Source of the DNA: Bacteroidales bacterium
GTDB taxonomy: Bacteria > Bacteroidota > Bacteroidia > Bacteroidales > FEN-979
DNA length: 64,000 bases
Direction of reading: 5' to 3'
Assembly: GCA_028706295.1 (NCBI GenBank)
Contig: JAQWBQ010000015.1
Coordinates: 386 to 64,385 of the forward strand
Shown here: positions 63,301-64,000 of the stretch, piece by piece
Numbering within the stretch: position 1 is the first letter of the stretch
How the letters are laid out: each line of letters starts with the position of its first letter
The notes under the pieces: generated by a model
What the model was told of the DNA's origin: nothing
Seen by the model: only the letters and a program-made list of their open reading frames with translations
Databases searched by the model: none
Translations under genes and position numbers: made by a program

Positions 63301-64000
63301 ATGCCTGGCATGATAACTGAATTCAGCGTATCATTGTCCGGTAATTTAACCCTGGTGAAATTTCTTCTGAGTTTTACGCTATGCTGCATTCTCCTGCTTT
63401 CACTGGGGGTGGTCCTGGCAGGTGACTTCAAAAAAGAGCATGGTACTCCGGTGGTGTCGGTTCCTGATAATGATTCGAAAATCCTGCTCAGAAAAGTTGA
63501 CCGGATCATCAACAATGCTGAAAAAATCTCTGGAAAATATCCTAAACCAGCATCGGCCGGGTCCAAAAACTCCATTTCCAAAAAGAGCAATCCGGCCGGA
63601 AAGGTTTCTTCTTCCATTCCATCCGGGATAAAATCGTACTTTATTATGAATAAAGGATCAGGGTCACGCGAACAGATCGTGAGGTTCATCCTTAAAAACA
63701 ATACGCTTGCTGATCAGTCATATGTTTTTAGGCTTGTAAATGCATACCTGATCGAAAGTAAAAGAGAAGGCGTCAACCATGATATTGCAGTTTGTCAGAT
63801 GTGCCTCGAAACAGGATTTCTTAAATTTTCAGGATCAGTAAGTCATTATCAGAATAATTTTTGCGGTCTGGGAGCAACCGATCCATGGTCGGCCGGAGAT
63901 TCGTTCCGCAATATGGAGGAAGGAGTCAGAGCCCATATTCAACACCTTAAGGCTTATGCAAGTAAAGAACCCATTGTGCCTCCTTATGTGGATCCCAGAC
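63301..64000 (+). CDS. Membrane-anchored glucosaminidase (muramidase)-domain protein, partial (runs off window)
   Basis: Not in the ORF track. My frame-1 translation from ATG 63301 is open to the window end: MPGMITEFSVSLSGNLTLVKFLLSFTLCCILLLSLGVVLAG ... SREQIVRFILKNNTLADQSYVFRLVNAYLIESKREGVNHDIAVCQMCLETGFLKFSGSVSHYQNNFCGLGA ... GVRAHIQHLKAYAS, which resembles mannosyl-glycoprotein endo-beta-N-acetylglucosaminidase-like domains. Confidence 0.7.
   Translation, partial: MPGMITEFSVSLSGNLTLVKFLLSFTLCCILLLSLGVVLAGDFKKEHGTPVVSVPDNDSKILLRKVDRIINNAEKISGKYPKPASAGSKNSISKKSNPAGKVSSSIPSGIKSYFIMNKGSGSREQIVRFILKNNTLADQSYVFRLVNAYLIESKREGVNHDIAVCQMCLETGFLKFSGSVSHYQNNFCGLGATDPWSAGDSFRNMEEGVRAHIQHLKAYASKEPIVPPYVDPR

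Noticed and set aside
63237-63701. 154-aa minus-strand ORF near the right edge
   Set aside because: The opposite strand carries an open frame from ATG 63301 to the window end, with a membrane anchor and a glucosaminidase-like domain. The minus ORF has no motifs.

Overview
This 64-kb chromosomal segment reads as a Bacteroidota genome. Evidence: TAnnTTTG -7 promoter boxes in front of most operons, T9SS C-terminal sorting domains, a UpxY-type antiterminator, a complete Bat aerotolerance operon and an Fkp fucose-salvage enzyme. I count about 50 credible protein genes and one tRNA-Glu(UUC). I see no rRNA, no CRISPR array, and no recognisable transposase, integrase or phage genes. Gene order, left to right: gpsA (partial, not in the ORF track); an orphan TPR sensor kinase; a polymerase-less glycan locus (3.2-15.8 kb) interrupted by a low-GC cassette; yihY, nadC, rlmH; moxR-DUF58-DUF4381-like-batABCDE (18.6-27.3 kb); a T9SS propeller protein; pyrE; a Nudix hydrolase; a GreA/Rnk-like factor; an accessory-looking stretch (33.3-38.9 kb) beside tRNA-Glu; fucP, a mutarotase and fkp; a UpxY-led mini-locus; an acyl-CoA carboxyltransferase plus small biotinyl protein; engB; a divergent glycine-lipid-type acyltransferase pair; rpsT; an H1/AT-hook-like protein; mutS2; nifJ (PFOR) plus a DHOD-like gene; sppA; and a partial glucosaminidase-domain gene (also not in the ORF track). 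The low-GC cassette encodes a 4-TM protein, a Zn-ribbon methyltransferase and a 1409-aa LamG / 10x Ig-like / FISUMP surface protein. The stretch beside tRNA-Glu carries two more FISUMP-domain proteins, one of which contains an almost perfect 912-nt in-frame tandem duplication. I did not find a self-contained, clearly novel enzymatic or defence system. The most unusual signals are the FISUMP paralog expansion with very recent module duplication, the giant repeat protein embedded in a Wzy-less glycan operon, and several lineage-specific insertions or degenerate motifs in otherwise ordinary genes. All family calls come from motif recognition by eye. No database search was possible, and coordinates of non-ORF features were counted by hand.
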